A stretch of DNA of 64,000 nt, from contig CM120643.1 of the NCBI GenBank assembly GCA_051362555.1, positions 20,712,848 to 20,776,847 on the forward strand. The letters are read 5' to 3'. This stretch comes from Lingula anatina. Taxonomy: Eukaryota > Animalia > Brachiopoda. Of the stretch, positions 26,065-39,600 are shown piece by piece. Position numbers and translations under genes: made by a program. Positions within the stretch are counted from its first letter, which is position 1, and each line of letters begins with the position of its first letter. The notes beneath the pieces were generated by a model, which worked only from the letters and a program-made list of their open reading frames with translations, was not told the DNA's origin and did not search any database.

Positions 26065-29000
26065 ACTTATGGTGTCATTAACATATTTAAACTGGGTTTA
26101 GACATGTAAACTTTTATTGTTCCACGGACAGTTAATTTCAAAATATTAGTATGTCATCCAAAACAAGTGAAAATGGCTGTCGGGCTTCTTGAAAAGACTG
26201 TAAAATGACGATTACATAAAATAAATAAGATATTATCAACTGCTCATCATATTCTAACTGCCAAATAAATATGCACTGTTTAATTTATTATAATTTTTAT
26301 ATAATTATCATTATAATAATTATTATAATATAATATTATTATTATATTATAATATTATATTATAAGTAGAAGCCGTAGTAATAGTAGTAGTAGTAGTAGT
26401 ATTTACTTCAATTTATTTCATTTCTTTTTCTCTTTTTTCGTATGCAAAATCAATCACATCTTTGAATTTGCGAATAAGAAATGATCTATTTATGTCGTTC
26501 CTTGTTATTCTCTCTTTTCCCCTTCCCCGAACCACTTTTTTCTTTTCATACCACACTTCTGTTTGTGCAATTACTGAGATTGTACCAAGAAGCTATCGTC
26601 TTGTTCTCAGAAGTAAGAAATATACAATGACAGCGTTTAAAAATGAAGTAGAACTTTCTTTGTGCTATGACACTTTACGTAAAGAACCGGATTTTGATTT
26701 TATAAAGGTACTTGTTAGTGCACGTACCCTCATCAAAGGCGTGTTTTGTGTTTGAATTGTGCACAGATAATATTTATGTATAATATGTGGCTGGTGAACA
26801 GAAACGAACAAGAAAGACGATACGATAAAATAGCAAATGGAACATTTGTCTCCAAAATGTAATGATAGACCATAGTCTGTTAGGCCCTAATAAAACGGCA
26901 AAAACCATTTTGATATTGTAATTCATGCAGCCGAATCGATCTCGACTTCTCTAGAAAGCCGGGATCGAAATATTCTTACCGAAGCCAAGTTTTGCAGACA
27001 ACGTGAGAAAGAAGATCTTCAGTATCGCAGACGATCTGATCTGAAAGGAAGATAAAACGCGCTAAATGTGCAAATGTGTATCATGGAGACGCACGCAGGG
27101 AGAGTGTTCTGGCGAGCTTTCTCGGCCGAGCCGAGTATAGGTATCAGGGAGTCGACTGGCACTATATCAGTAGATATTAACCAAGCATTGATTGTTCGTG
27201 ACATTTTAATCGTTTTCAACACTCGGGTGAAGTCTGATTAAGTTCCCGCTCCCCAGATACACGGCAGACGATCATTTCATTGCTAAGGTGGATCATCACA
27301 GAAATTGCTTTCGATAAAATTGACACTGCGCAGCCGACCTCGGCTCGCCTATTAAGACGGGGATTGCACTTTACAAATCGTCGATTACAGTTTAAGCGAC
27401 TTGAGCTATAAATCTAAATGCCCATTTTGCGTTCCCCGATACCGCAAGGGGTTCATCATCTGGTCTTTGTAAGATATCAGCGTCAGGGCTGGCGTGGATG
27501 TTCACGTCACGATGTAACGATATGAAATTACCACATTATGACAACGGCGCTGGAAAAGTTGCCGTCGAGCCTCCACGGCCCATCATTCAAAATCGAATCC
27601 GATATTCCCTGTGCTGTGCGCAGACAGCGCTCTAGTCCAGTATTTGCTCAGTGTTTATTGCAAAACGGGCACCGAGTCTTTAATGAGAATTATTTGCGTT
27701 GGTTCCCACCGATAGTTCGTCATTCAGCGTCTCACCATCGGGCATTGTAGGGTTTTAATGATGTGAGTCATAATTACTCGATTGTCGGGTCAATTGCTGG
27801 CAGGAAATTGGCGAATTGACTGTGAACCTGAACACAGGGAGTTATCATATTTGCGCCACCGAAAAAAAAAAAAAAAAAAAAAAAGAGAGATTAGAAAAAT
27901 AAAAATAAAAAAGGCCCTATCATAATGTCTTCACAGTCAATGCTTATAGAGATTTATAACGCCCTCGGGTACAAACCGGGCACAACTAATGACACCCCAT
28001 TACCAGTTTGGTGGTCTATTCTTCTACTTCAACTGTGAGATTGTGAATTTAATTAAGCAATAGAAACGCTGCTCGCGTATTTCCTTACACCTTGAAATGT
28101 GCTACCGTTAGCCGATATGGCCGCAAGTATCATGTGACCGCATCATTGCATTTGATTGGCCGAAAAATCGCAAGGTGTGAAATCACGCTGTGATTGGGGA
28201 AGATTGTTTACCTTCGTGTTCTAAACAACCTGGGTCGACATTGTCCCGGCTGAAATTGAACAATCAATCATAGGACAGCATATCCTACAGGCTTTCTAGT
28301 CCCTGTACCATGCTTCCTCTAACCACGGACGCTTTGTTTAGTAAATCCTGATGAGTGTCAGCGGCGTCTCCCGTTTCTCCCACCTCTCACTCCCCGCAGT
28401 ACGCCATCTTCCCAGCCCAGCCCGCAAACAACGCCAGCTTTTACCGAACCTAAAACACCGTGGAGACTAAATTTCCTGCCTTTCATAGTCTCCATTCAGC
28501 CTCTTCTCAGCGCAGATCTTCTCATACGTAAACCGAGAATGAACTTTTCAAGTTAGTTGAAACGAAATTTTATTAAGTCACTTAGGCCCTACTAAGTTGC
28601 GTGATACAGCACCAAGAGACGTTTTTTACAGACTTTTCCTTCCGTTCATCGCGTACATCAAGTACCGAAACCAGGTAATAAATATGCACAAACTTGAAGA
28701 AAACTTGGCAGCGCGGCCCAATAATTTCTGCGGAGAAAAACACTTGCCAAATTCTGATACATCTTCTAAAGCAAGTTTATCTGCGTTCCCGTGATCTCTT
28801 AATCAAATCTTTCTTTTGGCGCCAGACGCTCGCATTTCTTACCAGGCTATTAACTGGTTTTAAGTGGATTTTTTGTGAAAACTTGGACTTTCTCCCGCCA
28901 TTTAACAACTTATCACGTATTTTATGCATCAAGCACTTGACGGGCGTCTTAAAGTAATACTGAAAGGTTTTAGGGGTTTCGTGTCCACCACCCAAATCTT

Positions 29001-32000
29001 TCTACAAAACCGACTGACATTCGGATAACGCTACCGGAATACGAAACTGAAACGCTGTTAAAATAGGTTGAGAAAAAAAAAGCAACTTGTTGTTGTGTTC
29101 GGTACTCATATAAATAAAAACTGACTTGCCAGAAAGATATGTTTTTTACCAATAGTTACCTTCTTTCGGTGTCTCATAACTAACGGTGAGCCACTGTGCT
29201 ACCAAATTTATCTTTTACATATAATTTTTAGTGATACTTTTTCTTAAAATTAAAACGTTTATAAAATTAACGTTCCCCGCCCAGGCTGGGGAAAAAGAAT
29301 ATTTCGTCTCTCTCTTCGTAATACGTTTTCGAAGTAGTAAAACATTTAGCATATAAGATTTGACTAATCTTAAAATGCTCATACAATGAACGTTCATCTG
29401 CGGTGTGAGAAATCCCATACATCTCTTGACAATAGAGAACGAGCATTTGATTGTGATAAATAAGACCAAAAAACATAACTCAATACGGTGGAACATTAAT
29501 AACTGACAGAACGCTGCCGAGGCATTTTATCACTGCCAACTTAAGAGCATCTGGCAAAACGCAAGCTGGTCGCTAATGTGATATAATGCGGTGCCACTCA
29601 TTGAAGAGAGATAAAAAGATAAGGGGTTTCATCGAGAAAAGTTGCTAGAAATATGTGCCCTCATTCTTTAAGGTGCAAAGTTGTGAAATAGAAAAATTGG
29701 TATCAGCCAAATATTTTAGTTATAGTTTTAGAACTTTGTTTAGGGATTGACACAATTGCCTGTTTTTTAACCATATGAGCTCCGTGACACCATACGCTGT
29801 AACTAGTTGAGTCATTGCGTTCTCATGGTTAGGCTTGTATAGGTGTTGTTATTTGTTCAGGGTTTCAAAAATTGACATGCTGCCCTGGAAATAAATACAA
29901 ATGCTTTTATGAAGATTTCTTGGCAATCATGTTATCAAAATCCTCAAGACAGCAAAAGTAAAGCAAAAACGTTGTCCGTCTGGGAACAATACACAGGGAT
30001 GCCAATCGAAATACATAATTGTTATTTATCTGTAGGAACAACGTCGACTTGAGGTACGTCAGTTCAACAAAGCACCCACAAGTCATCCACTAAAAGTTCC
30101 AAAATTGTTTCGAAATTTGTTTACAAAGAAGTGTAACGCACTGAAGAAAGTTGCGGAATTTTTGTTTTTATAATTAACTAAGTACAGGAATTAGGCATGT
30201 CCTTTTTAATATCAAGAAAAATTTGAAGTAGCATAATATAGAGATTGTAATGTATCTATTATCAAATGGCAGTAAACTGTCTTCCGAACAAGTGCGTCAG
30301 CGTTGAGGCCGAGAACTAAGATTTTGATCAATACTTCTATCTAGTCAGCCAAGTCTCGGCGACATCACGGTGATTTAGACTCATCTATTTTTCTATCATT
30401 TTGCGATGAACAAAATTGCATCTTTTAGAAATGAGAATACGATGGCGATGATGAAATTGGTTGCGAGGAATAATTGTTTGCGGAATTAACGACAAAGTCA
30501 TAAATCCGAGTCATAAAAATGAATGCGCGATATTAAGTAGTGCGTCACTGTGTTAACTTGCGTGTGGGGGTGTTGGTGTGGAAATGATGAAACCGGGCAA
30601 AACGAGGGGGCAAAAAAAAGTTCATTAATGGAAAAACAGAGGCAGTGTTGTTTTGAATACATTTTCTAGAACAATTCCTTTTGATTTGGTGCAGTATGGT
30701 TTTTATTGCCTCTTTTATAAAGACAGTCAAAAATTTAATCGTTTCAGGCCTATTCAAAGAGGGTCGAAACGTCATGCCAAATAACAAAAAGAAGAAAACT
30801 CACATATTTGGTATCTTTAGAAAGTATTACCTTTTCACCAAAACCTTTTATTATCGAGTTTGTGATGCCAGCTGTTCAAATTAGAATAATCATGGAAATG
30901 GCGGTTTCAGATGAAGAGTCCCCAGCCTTATTTGCGCCAATGTTATTTTAATTTTTTGTTTTGTTTTGTTTTGCTATTCTATTCCTTTGAATTCTATTGT
31001 TGCTTATTCGTACTTTTAGTTGACATTTAGCGTTCAGTCAACGGAAACAGACGAGAAAATTAGAGACACCCAGCCTTTTTTCATAGCATTAGATTAGATT
31101 CCATGTTGACCGGACAGTGACCACAAAAACCTCGACTTTGAAACGTTCTTTAAGAGTGCCGACCGATCAAACGAATTTTGGGATATGGATGGAAACCGCA
31201 AAAGTACACATTTCACTTCTTTACAAGTGAACATCATAATATAATGCAAAACATCGAGCGACAGCGTTTACCCATTTACTTAATATCATAACGTCATGTC
31301 AGATCATTTTTGCCTACAATAAAATCAATGAAGCTGTAAATATTTCCCAAGTTTCTTGTTGTCTTGTAGACGTCGTCTTTGTTTTTTTTCTGCTCGCGTT
31401 TCTGACGCACTGTGGCCATGGATGTGACTAGACGGAGTGTATATTCGCTCCAAAGGCTTTATTTAATAGAGATTTAATAAAAGTGGTCCGAATCCCGCCT
31501 AATCAGGCTTAATCTAGACACGATTCTAACAAGGTCTCTTTCTAACGTCATTTTAGTCGCATGTAGTTGATTAAACGCTCAACTACGGACTGATTTAAAT
31601 GTCAATTGGAAGGGAAAAGTCAATAAATCACGGCAAATTATCGACCGGCGATCGTGCAATCTTGTTAAATTGTGAGATTGTGTTCATAAAATAACAGGTA
31701 AAATCCACCGGGAATTTCCTTAAGACTGGCAAGGAAAACCCAGCTTATTTGAAAATGAAACACCATCTGATAAAAGCGAAATAAAGCCCGGGGATTAAGA
31801 AGCTTTATTGTAATGGCGTTTCTTTTTGTGTTTGGAGGGCTTGTGTTAAAATACTTGCACAGTTCCCAAGCAGGGATTTCTTTTCAGGATAGAGGGATCT
31901 CCTTGGCGAAAGATTTGTCAATTATTGTCCTAACCCCGTCTAGTATGCATTTTGAAACACGGTTGATTACAAGATAATGGCTGATTTGAATAAGATAAAA

Positions 32001-35000
32001 CACTAACTCTTATGATATAAATATTCATTTTTGAAACAAATCATGAAGAAAACCCAACGCTTTCATTTAATACTGTTCGTATATTTGATACGGATTCAAG
32101 TTTGATGATTCCATCAGACAAGTAAATTTGCTGTCAATATATGGTACATATTTTTGAAGCCAATTTAAAAGTAGATGCAGCGTTTCTATTCCATTTCTAC
32201 TATCTATGAATTTTGAAACTTGTTGAAAAAATTTAGATAAGATGAAACGTCAAGACAACAAAACCAAAAATTTATATTAATTTGACATGGGTTTTAGAGA
32301 TGTGCCTCAACACTGGTAAATAATATGCCTTTTCATTCTGCCTAAAGATGTACAGTTATTATAAAGTACTATTTTACAGAATCACATGATTTGTCAAACA
32401 ATTTGTAACTCCTGTCCAGTAAGTCTACAAATGTTTTGTATAACTACGAGTATTCTTTAAACAAGTTGAAAAAAAAAACAAATTATAAAACTTCAAATAA
32501 AGCATTTGCATTGTCAAATCCTATAAAACTGTTTATATACATAGCTAGTTGGGGCTTTTGTCCAGATTTTGTCATTTTTAGACAAATATCCAAACAAATT
32601 CTTTTTAAAATAATGTTATGTTTTGGAAATCCTGTCGTCATTGTTGCTGCTAATTTTATCACATTGGCGGCGCCGTTCTCATTCACTGAATGTATCTTCA
32701 GCAATATCTGCTTTGTGTATCAGCATTGTGACAGAAGCGGCGTATTCGGCTGGATATGAATTATTCTTTCTGCTACTTGTTACACAAGACATGCGATGAA
32801 ATCTCTAAATAGACAGCGAGCTTGCAGATAAAGTCAAACAATTGCAATCTGTCTTCTGAATACTGAATATAAAAGCAGGCAGAACTCGAGACGTCCGGTT
32901 CTTTAACACTAGAGGAGAATCTATCAATGGTACTTTTTTCAACGCGCGCCTATTCCGTTTCCAAAAAAATCATTAACATTCAAAACGCATTGCTTGACTG
33001 CATCGATTTTAATTCAATTCCTAATCGCTTCGTCCGAGTCGCGGGTCGACGGGTGAACGCCTTACCCTTTACGCCCTCTTCTTGCCATCAACATCTCATT
33101 AATGGTATCATTTGGCCCCTTGTGTCGCGGGACAATGCCCCTTGGTTGATTGAGGAGTCTCAGAGCATTGCAGTGTCACAAGAGATATGCCGAGGGACCG
33201 TTTAGAGCTTGTACCTGGTGATTCGTCCGAAATATTTACAAATAATACTCGGCTACTGATACCAAGATCAAAAGGACCGCCCCCGTATAGAGGCAACACA
33301 GGTCTAACAGCGACAGGTGAACGAGCGGTACCTGGACGCAAGGATTCCAGTTAATCATCGGGACGGTTAAGAAAGGAGGGCCGACACTGCGGGCAGGGAA
33401 TTGACGGGGCCGGGAGACGCACACTGGTTTTAATCAAGTTCACTTTTGTCGTCGGTGTCACAGAAATATCACAGTGTTATATTTGTTGTACAGTTAATTA
33501 ACTGCTTGAAGCAGTGAACGCGCGGTAGGTTGATGGGAATTAATCACCCTCCTCTAAACGCGCACACACACAGTACCCGTGTCTTATTAAACAGTACCCC
33601 TGTTCCTATGGTACGTTCGCTAATTTGTAATTTGTAATGGAAGTTAAATTTCCTTAATTTCATTGAGTTAATTTTACAATTGCCATTTGTCGTCACACCG
33701 GAAGTCTTTGAAAACGCGGTTTGATTCGTTTCTGAAGGTAAATCGGATACTCTTTATAATTTGGTCGGTTACGGCGTTTTAGAAGGCATCTCTGATTTCT
33801 GTCACGACGTCTGAAATCCTTTGTGAAAGATACAGATAAAACTAAGTATGAGCCCACCGTGTTGAAATTCTCAGGGTTGTATAAGTAAAGCAATGGCAAT
33901 ATATATATACCCATTTTCTCTTTATTTATGACCCAGATTTTTTTTGTAATTCGAAAATTAAATCTCGGAAATGTTTAAATAATTTTTCGTGAGCTTATAA
34001 AACGTAATTGTTGATTGTACTTCTTCAAATTAATGTAAAAATGCAAGTTTGCAACTTAATGAGACATAAATTGTTCATTTTATGGATGTGAAGTGTTATT
34101 TCACGTAATATTAAGCCAATATAACTGATTTTATCGACAGTTAAGTTTTGATGAAAATGTATGGCTATCTAACAATAAAGATGCAGCCAAAGTCCTTGAT
34201 GTCAAAAAGTCACTGATTTTTTTAATTTTTATTTTTTTGCTGCTGATTGGAAAAACAATTTCTGTAGCTAAAATGAAGTTTCATTAAACTAATAAATCAT
34301 ACAACAAAACACGAATTAACCTTTTTGAAAGTTATCTGAATTTGGAGATTTGTCTTAACGACGGCAAGGGCCTCTAGCACTAATATTATCCCTTTGTACT
34401 AGCGTGTGGTTTGGACATTTCATAGGGCCCAGCTTGGCTCCTAATTTGAAACTACTCTGTCACACCCCTATAAAATTCTAGATTTCTTGTTCTTTCTTGT
34501 TTTGACAAGTTGATAAATACAAGTCATCTCCCCCATTTTAGTCTTTTTGACTGCTGAGAAATTTCATTAATCGGCTCACTACCCAAATTGTCGACGCTGG
34601 GCCGGGACGCGCTCCGGAGCGATTACTTCAGCTAAATTTGGGTCACATTATGGCGGAGGAGAGTAGCGTTCGCAAGATGCTCTTTAAAAGTATTAAATTC
34701 CCACTTCATTAAATCTCATTAAGCCGCGTTTGCAATCTGTCACCTTTAACAGTTATTGGGAACCGGGAGCTCAGCGGCAGCTCAGGACGCAGACCAATAA
34801 TGTTAATCTCAGTCAAACTTCCTACCTCGTAACTAACAGATATATAGTCATATAAGGAGAAATATAAAAATTAAGCGTGCTTTTCATATATATCTGCAAA
34901 TCCTTTTTGACGACTAATTTTCATAGGTAACTCTATAGGTTACTCTATTCATTAATTTTGCTACACTGCGGACGTGGCCGTAAGTGAGAAAAATCAAACG

Positions 35001-36699
35001 AATTAAAGGTTAACATTTTTAAAGTAGCACGTTCAAGCTGAACATGGTTGCCAATTAAAATTCTTAATTCGTGCCACAAATATATAGTCAGTCTGGGTTT
35101 AAACAAGGGAGTCAAAACGCGACTTCCTTGATTTAAAAAAGGAAATTAGAACAACAAAAAGATAATTTCACATTCGTATATTTTAACCCAACTTGTCTCT
35201 TAAACTTGTATGCAACATATTTTGCTCATCAATAAACATATGAGCCTGATCTCCTAAAATTAACTTTGATTTAACCAACACTCACCGGCGTTTTCATTGA
35301 TTAATATAACCCAATTCGTTTTAATACAAGTTGGTCGTTGAGCAGCAGACATACTCATAGGTTAAGATACATATGTATCTCCCACATGTGCTCGCAATCA
35401 TGCTGTATCCAAAGGACAAAAGTACATTAACACTTCTGCTAAATTTATGTCGTTTTAAGGTTTGACAATGATGCTGCACAGCTGAATTCATTTTATGCTG
35501 AAGAATACACCAGCCATATTCCAGAAACATTTACTAGATTACGTTATATACATGTATGAAACAAATAAAAGAAGATAAAATATACATCGATATTTTGGCA
35601 CCTTTTTATAAGAACACCGTTTTTTACTCTAGCATTATATACATGTAAACAAAACGTTTGGGGTGCCAATTTTAGAAACATGGGATTTTATCAAACAAAA
35701 CTGCCCTATATTTTCAATACTTCATCATATATCTTTATATAACTACGTGTTACACTGTCAGCAGCTCTCTGTCTTCTCTAAAACTATTTCATACCAACAG
35801 ATTTTATGCAGATACCGTTTTATACGCCAATTTTGTTATATGCATCAATACAAAAACAGATGGCCAAATGACAATATGACTTATGCCTTATTTCATTCAA
35901 CTTAACCAGCAGACGCTATCAATAGATGGACTAAGATTCAAATAGAAAATGCAGAAATGGAGAAAGAGTAACCAGATTTCAAAGGAAGACAGTAGACATA
36001 TAACATAGAAGTAACAATTTTCTTCATATCAAAAAATAGACACGAACGGGTTCCAGAAAATACAGTCAAAATATATCGATGAAATACAGTAATAACATAT
36101 TTCAAAGATTAAAAGCAAACACATTACAACGAACACGTTTCAGGCAAAATTGTCTTTGTTAATCTTGAATTTTTACAATATTAATTGCTCTAATTAGAGC
36201 ACGCCCCCTGATAGTTCTGAACATACGGGTTGTTGAATATTAAATCAATGCTACTTGAAAATATGGGCAATTTCCTAGTGGGCACCTGCGACGTTGATGG
36301 CGTGATAATTGATGCCAAGGAAAATGAAAATGAACATCACAGCGGGTTCTGATGTTGTTTTTGGTTTGAGATTATATGCTTTTTGTTTCTTTTTGGTTTG
36401 ATATTATTCAGTCTAAAGTGGTTCAGCACTTCGCCCTTACATAGGGATATATCGCCAATGAAGCAAATAGGCTGATCTGTCCCATAGACGGAAAATATCC
36501 ATGTAAAGGCTGCGACATCAAGTCTAAACTTTTACCATTCAGATATTAGGCGTCCTGCACCTAAATGAAGCTCAAATTTATTCCACTAACAGATCAGCCA
36601 ATATATCTCTCATGCTCTTTCTCTCTCACACACACACTCACTCCCTGACCGTCTTACTTATAGGTAGTAGTTACAGGTATATAGACGTGACTGAATGCT

Positions 36700-39600
36700 C
36701 TAATCATCTTTGGCCTGAGAATCAGTTTCGTTGCTGCCTTGAAGGCCGGAATGTTTTGGCGAGTGTTCTCTGATGTTTTGGCGTGGCATCATGTAAGGTC
36801 TGTAGCGCATTGTATGTGCCACGTGAGCGCGCGTCCTATCGTCAGCCGGCGAAGTGCCCGGATATAGTGCCGGAAAGCATGTTCTGTAGCTATGATAAAA
36901 TAATGTCCAGGGGTCACTCAGTCCAGCTAGCCCAGCAGAGGACGCTGCAGCCGCCGCTAGCTGAGGCGAGTACATTGCTGCTGTCCCAAACTGAGCCGAT
37001 GGCAGCCGTAGTCCTAAGAAGTTTCCCCACAGTTTTGGATATAAATCTGTTAAGTACATCGCATTTGGCGCTGACGTCACGGGGAGCCCCTTGGATAGTG
37101 CGTCTGCTAAAAGTAAAACGAATAACAAAATATTCACAAAATATATCAATCAGAACTATTGTCTAATTTTTAAAATGCCGTCAGGGGAGGGGGGGCTTTA
37201 AATACAGTGCCTGCTGAAATAAACATAAAAGAAACACACGTAAACATGCACACATATCCAACCAGTTCCAAAATCTGTTGTCTTTTTTATTTCTGACTTA
37301 AGCGGCTTTAGTTATTTTAAAATATGAACATTATTTAGAAGTTCAAAGGAATACTTCAGAAATCTATTATTTTAAAATATACCCAATATAGATAATACAG
37401 CGTTTCGTTTGTCATGTTGGAATGAAACCTTGCTTATCATAACTATTCCATATCCCTAGCCTCTACAGTATTCAAGAGCATAAAGCATAAACTGCTAAAA
37501 AATACTTTCCAAAATGAAAAGAGTTATTATGCAAGAGTTTGGCAAGATAACACAACCATGTATGGCAACATAAACAGACATATCCTTTGAATATTTACAA
37601 GTTGTTTTCACTTATTAAACAGACATGTGGACGAAAGTTGGTTTTAGGGGCAGTGGCAGTTGGAAAGGACGGTACAATGGGCATGCTTCACCCTACGCCC
37701 CCTCTTTCTCTCTCCAATTAAAAACAATAAAATAAAAATGATAAAATAAAAATAAAAAACAGATAACAAACAAAACTAGGCAAAACCAAGCATTTTTCAT
37801 CCCCGAGCTGCGCTCGGCAAAGGTTTTTCTTTTATTTTATCCTGGGGCTTCCTACTTAGCAACATCCAAAATCTACCAGTGTAATTGTATTGTAATTAGG
37901 GCTGATGCAGATATTAATCAGACAGTCAATAAATCAATCAAATCTTATTTCTGCAAATTGAGCTTTTTCGTTTACCTCAGTGATAATGCACTGCTTGGAG
38001 GCAAGCAATGGTTTAAAAATTTGATGACAGTTAGACTTGACAGATTTCAAAGTTTCCTAACAGTTACTCGAATCCATTGATCTTACTAAGTTTTTTTTAG
38101 CCCATTTGTAACTGTTTAAGCCTAGTAAATGTTATATAAATTAAAGGGATAACAACTGTTCATTTTGGCAAATAAAGGGATTTTCCTCGGGTAAAGGACA
38201 ATTTTCCCATACTTATCAATGGTAAATGAACCCATTCCGACATTCAAAATTAGCCCCTGTTGTTTTTTTTAAGTTTGGTTTTTTGCAATATTCTCTTAAG
38301 AGATTATTACAGAGTGTAGCCATCAATGGAGTTCACGTGATCTGATGTCAAGCACAAATTCCAGAATAATTGCGATAAATGCCATTTTGGTAGTAAAATA
38401 GAACTTATTATATTGTTTACAGTATATTTATTGTGAAATATAAGTGTCATACAAACAGTTGTTATCCCTTTAATTTCACTTGAATATATTTTTTAAGTTT
38501 TCCTCAAAATGTATTCCTTATGTTAATTGAACTTGGGGGCATAACTTTCTTTTACAAATTAATGCACTAAAATAAATTATTCTGTAACACCAAATAAAAC
38601 AAAAATCCATATAACTTAAATCAAATTAAGTAAAATAACATAAGACACATATTGCGCTAACCAGACAGCACATAATTAACTTACGACATAAATAAATAAA
38701 GAAATAAATATATGAATATTTATTAAAACCACCAACTGGTACTTGATTAGATACATGTAAATGAATAACAAATAAAAACATTGGACCATAAATGAATAAT
38801 CCAAAGCTTTAATATAAAGAAGAAGAATAAAAGAAATAATTGATGAAAAATTGATAAAAGTTAGAAATATTGGATTAAATGATTACATATATAAGTAATA
38901 TACCTGGAGAAGGTAATTGTCCTACTCTCTCAGCCGTTCGGTAAGCATTCTCAAACTCTGTCTCTGTGTATGCTCTGAGGGGCGATCGTGCGTACGTGTG
39001 ATTCTGTATCATATTTTCCATACCGTCTCTACAAAAAGAAAAATTATATTTGATTCTTAAAGGCATGCTGCTAAACTATAGCTTTGTATATCTACTGCGT
39101 AAAAATTCTAACTTTTAAATTCAACTTCACATAGAGGGCAGAAGCAGCTGTATTACTGCTTTTATGTAACATCACTGAAATCGGACCGATGTTCTAAACT
39201 TATCAAAATTGACGGCACAAAGGACATATTTTGACACAACATACTTCAAACTACTCAGACTCTTTGCATATTCAAATATTAAGGTCGCTTCCACAAAAAT
39301 AAACCATTTAGTTAACCGTTGGCGCTACCTCGTAAAGGGTCTTTTTTGAAAGTTGTGTTTATTCTTACACTAGTAATCTATAGATACTTATCGCAAAGAC
39401 AGTTTTTCCTTTGAACTTTCCTTAAGATTTACAGTACTAGAAAACTATTCTAATTCACATAATCTGATAATGTTAATATATATCTAAATATAAAATCATA
39501 CAATGCAGAATCTTATGTATGGTTGCGCTGTTCAATCATTGCGTCATTACACAAATTATACCACAGAGCCAATGACACGCACTTTACTGGTCGGTGTAAT

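Noticed and set aside
21400-27884. Long poly(A) runs at ~21401-21424 and ~27862-27884 as retrocopy tails
   Set aside because: No TSD and no recognisable retroelement or mRNA body upstream.
29165-29205. A-box-like GGTAGCACAGTGG on the minus strand (tRNA or SINE head?)
   Set aside because: No B-box or cloverleaf follows; too short to call.
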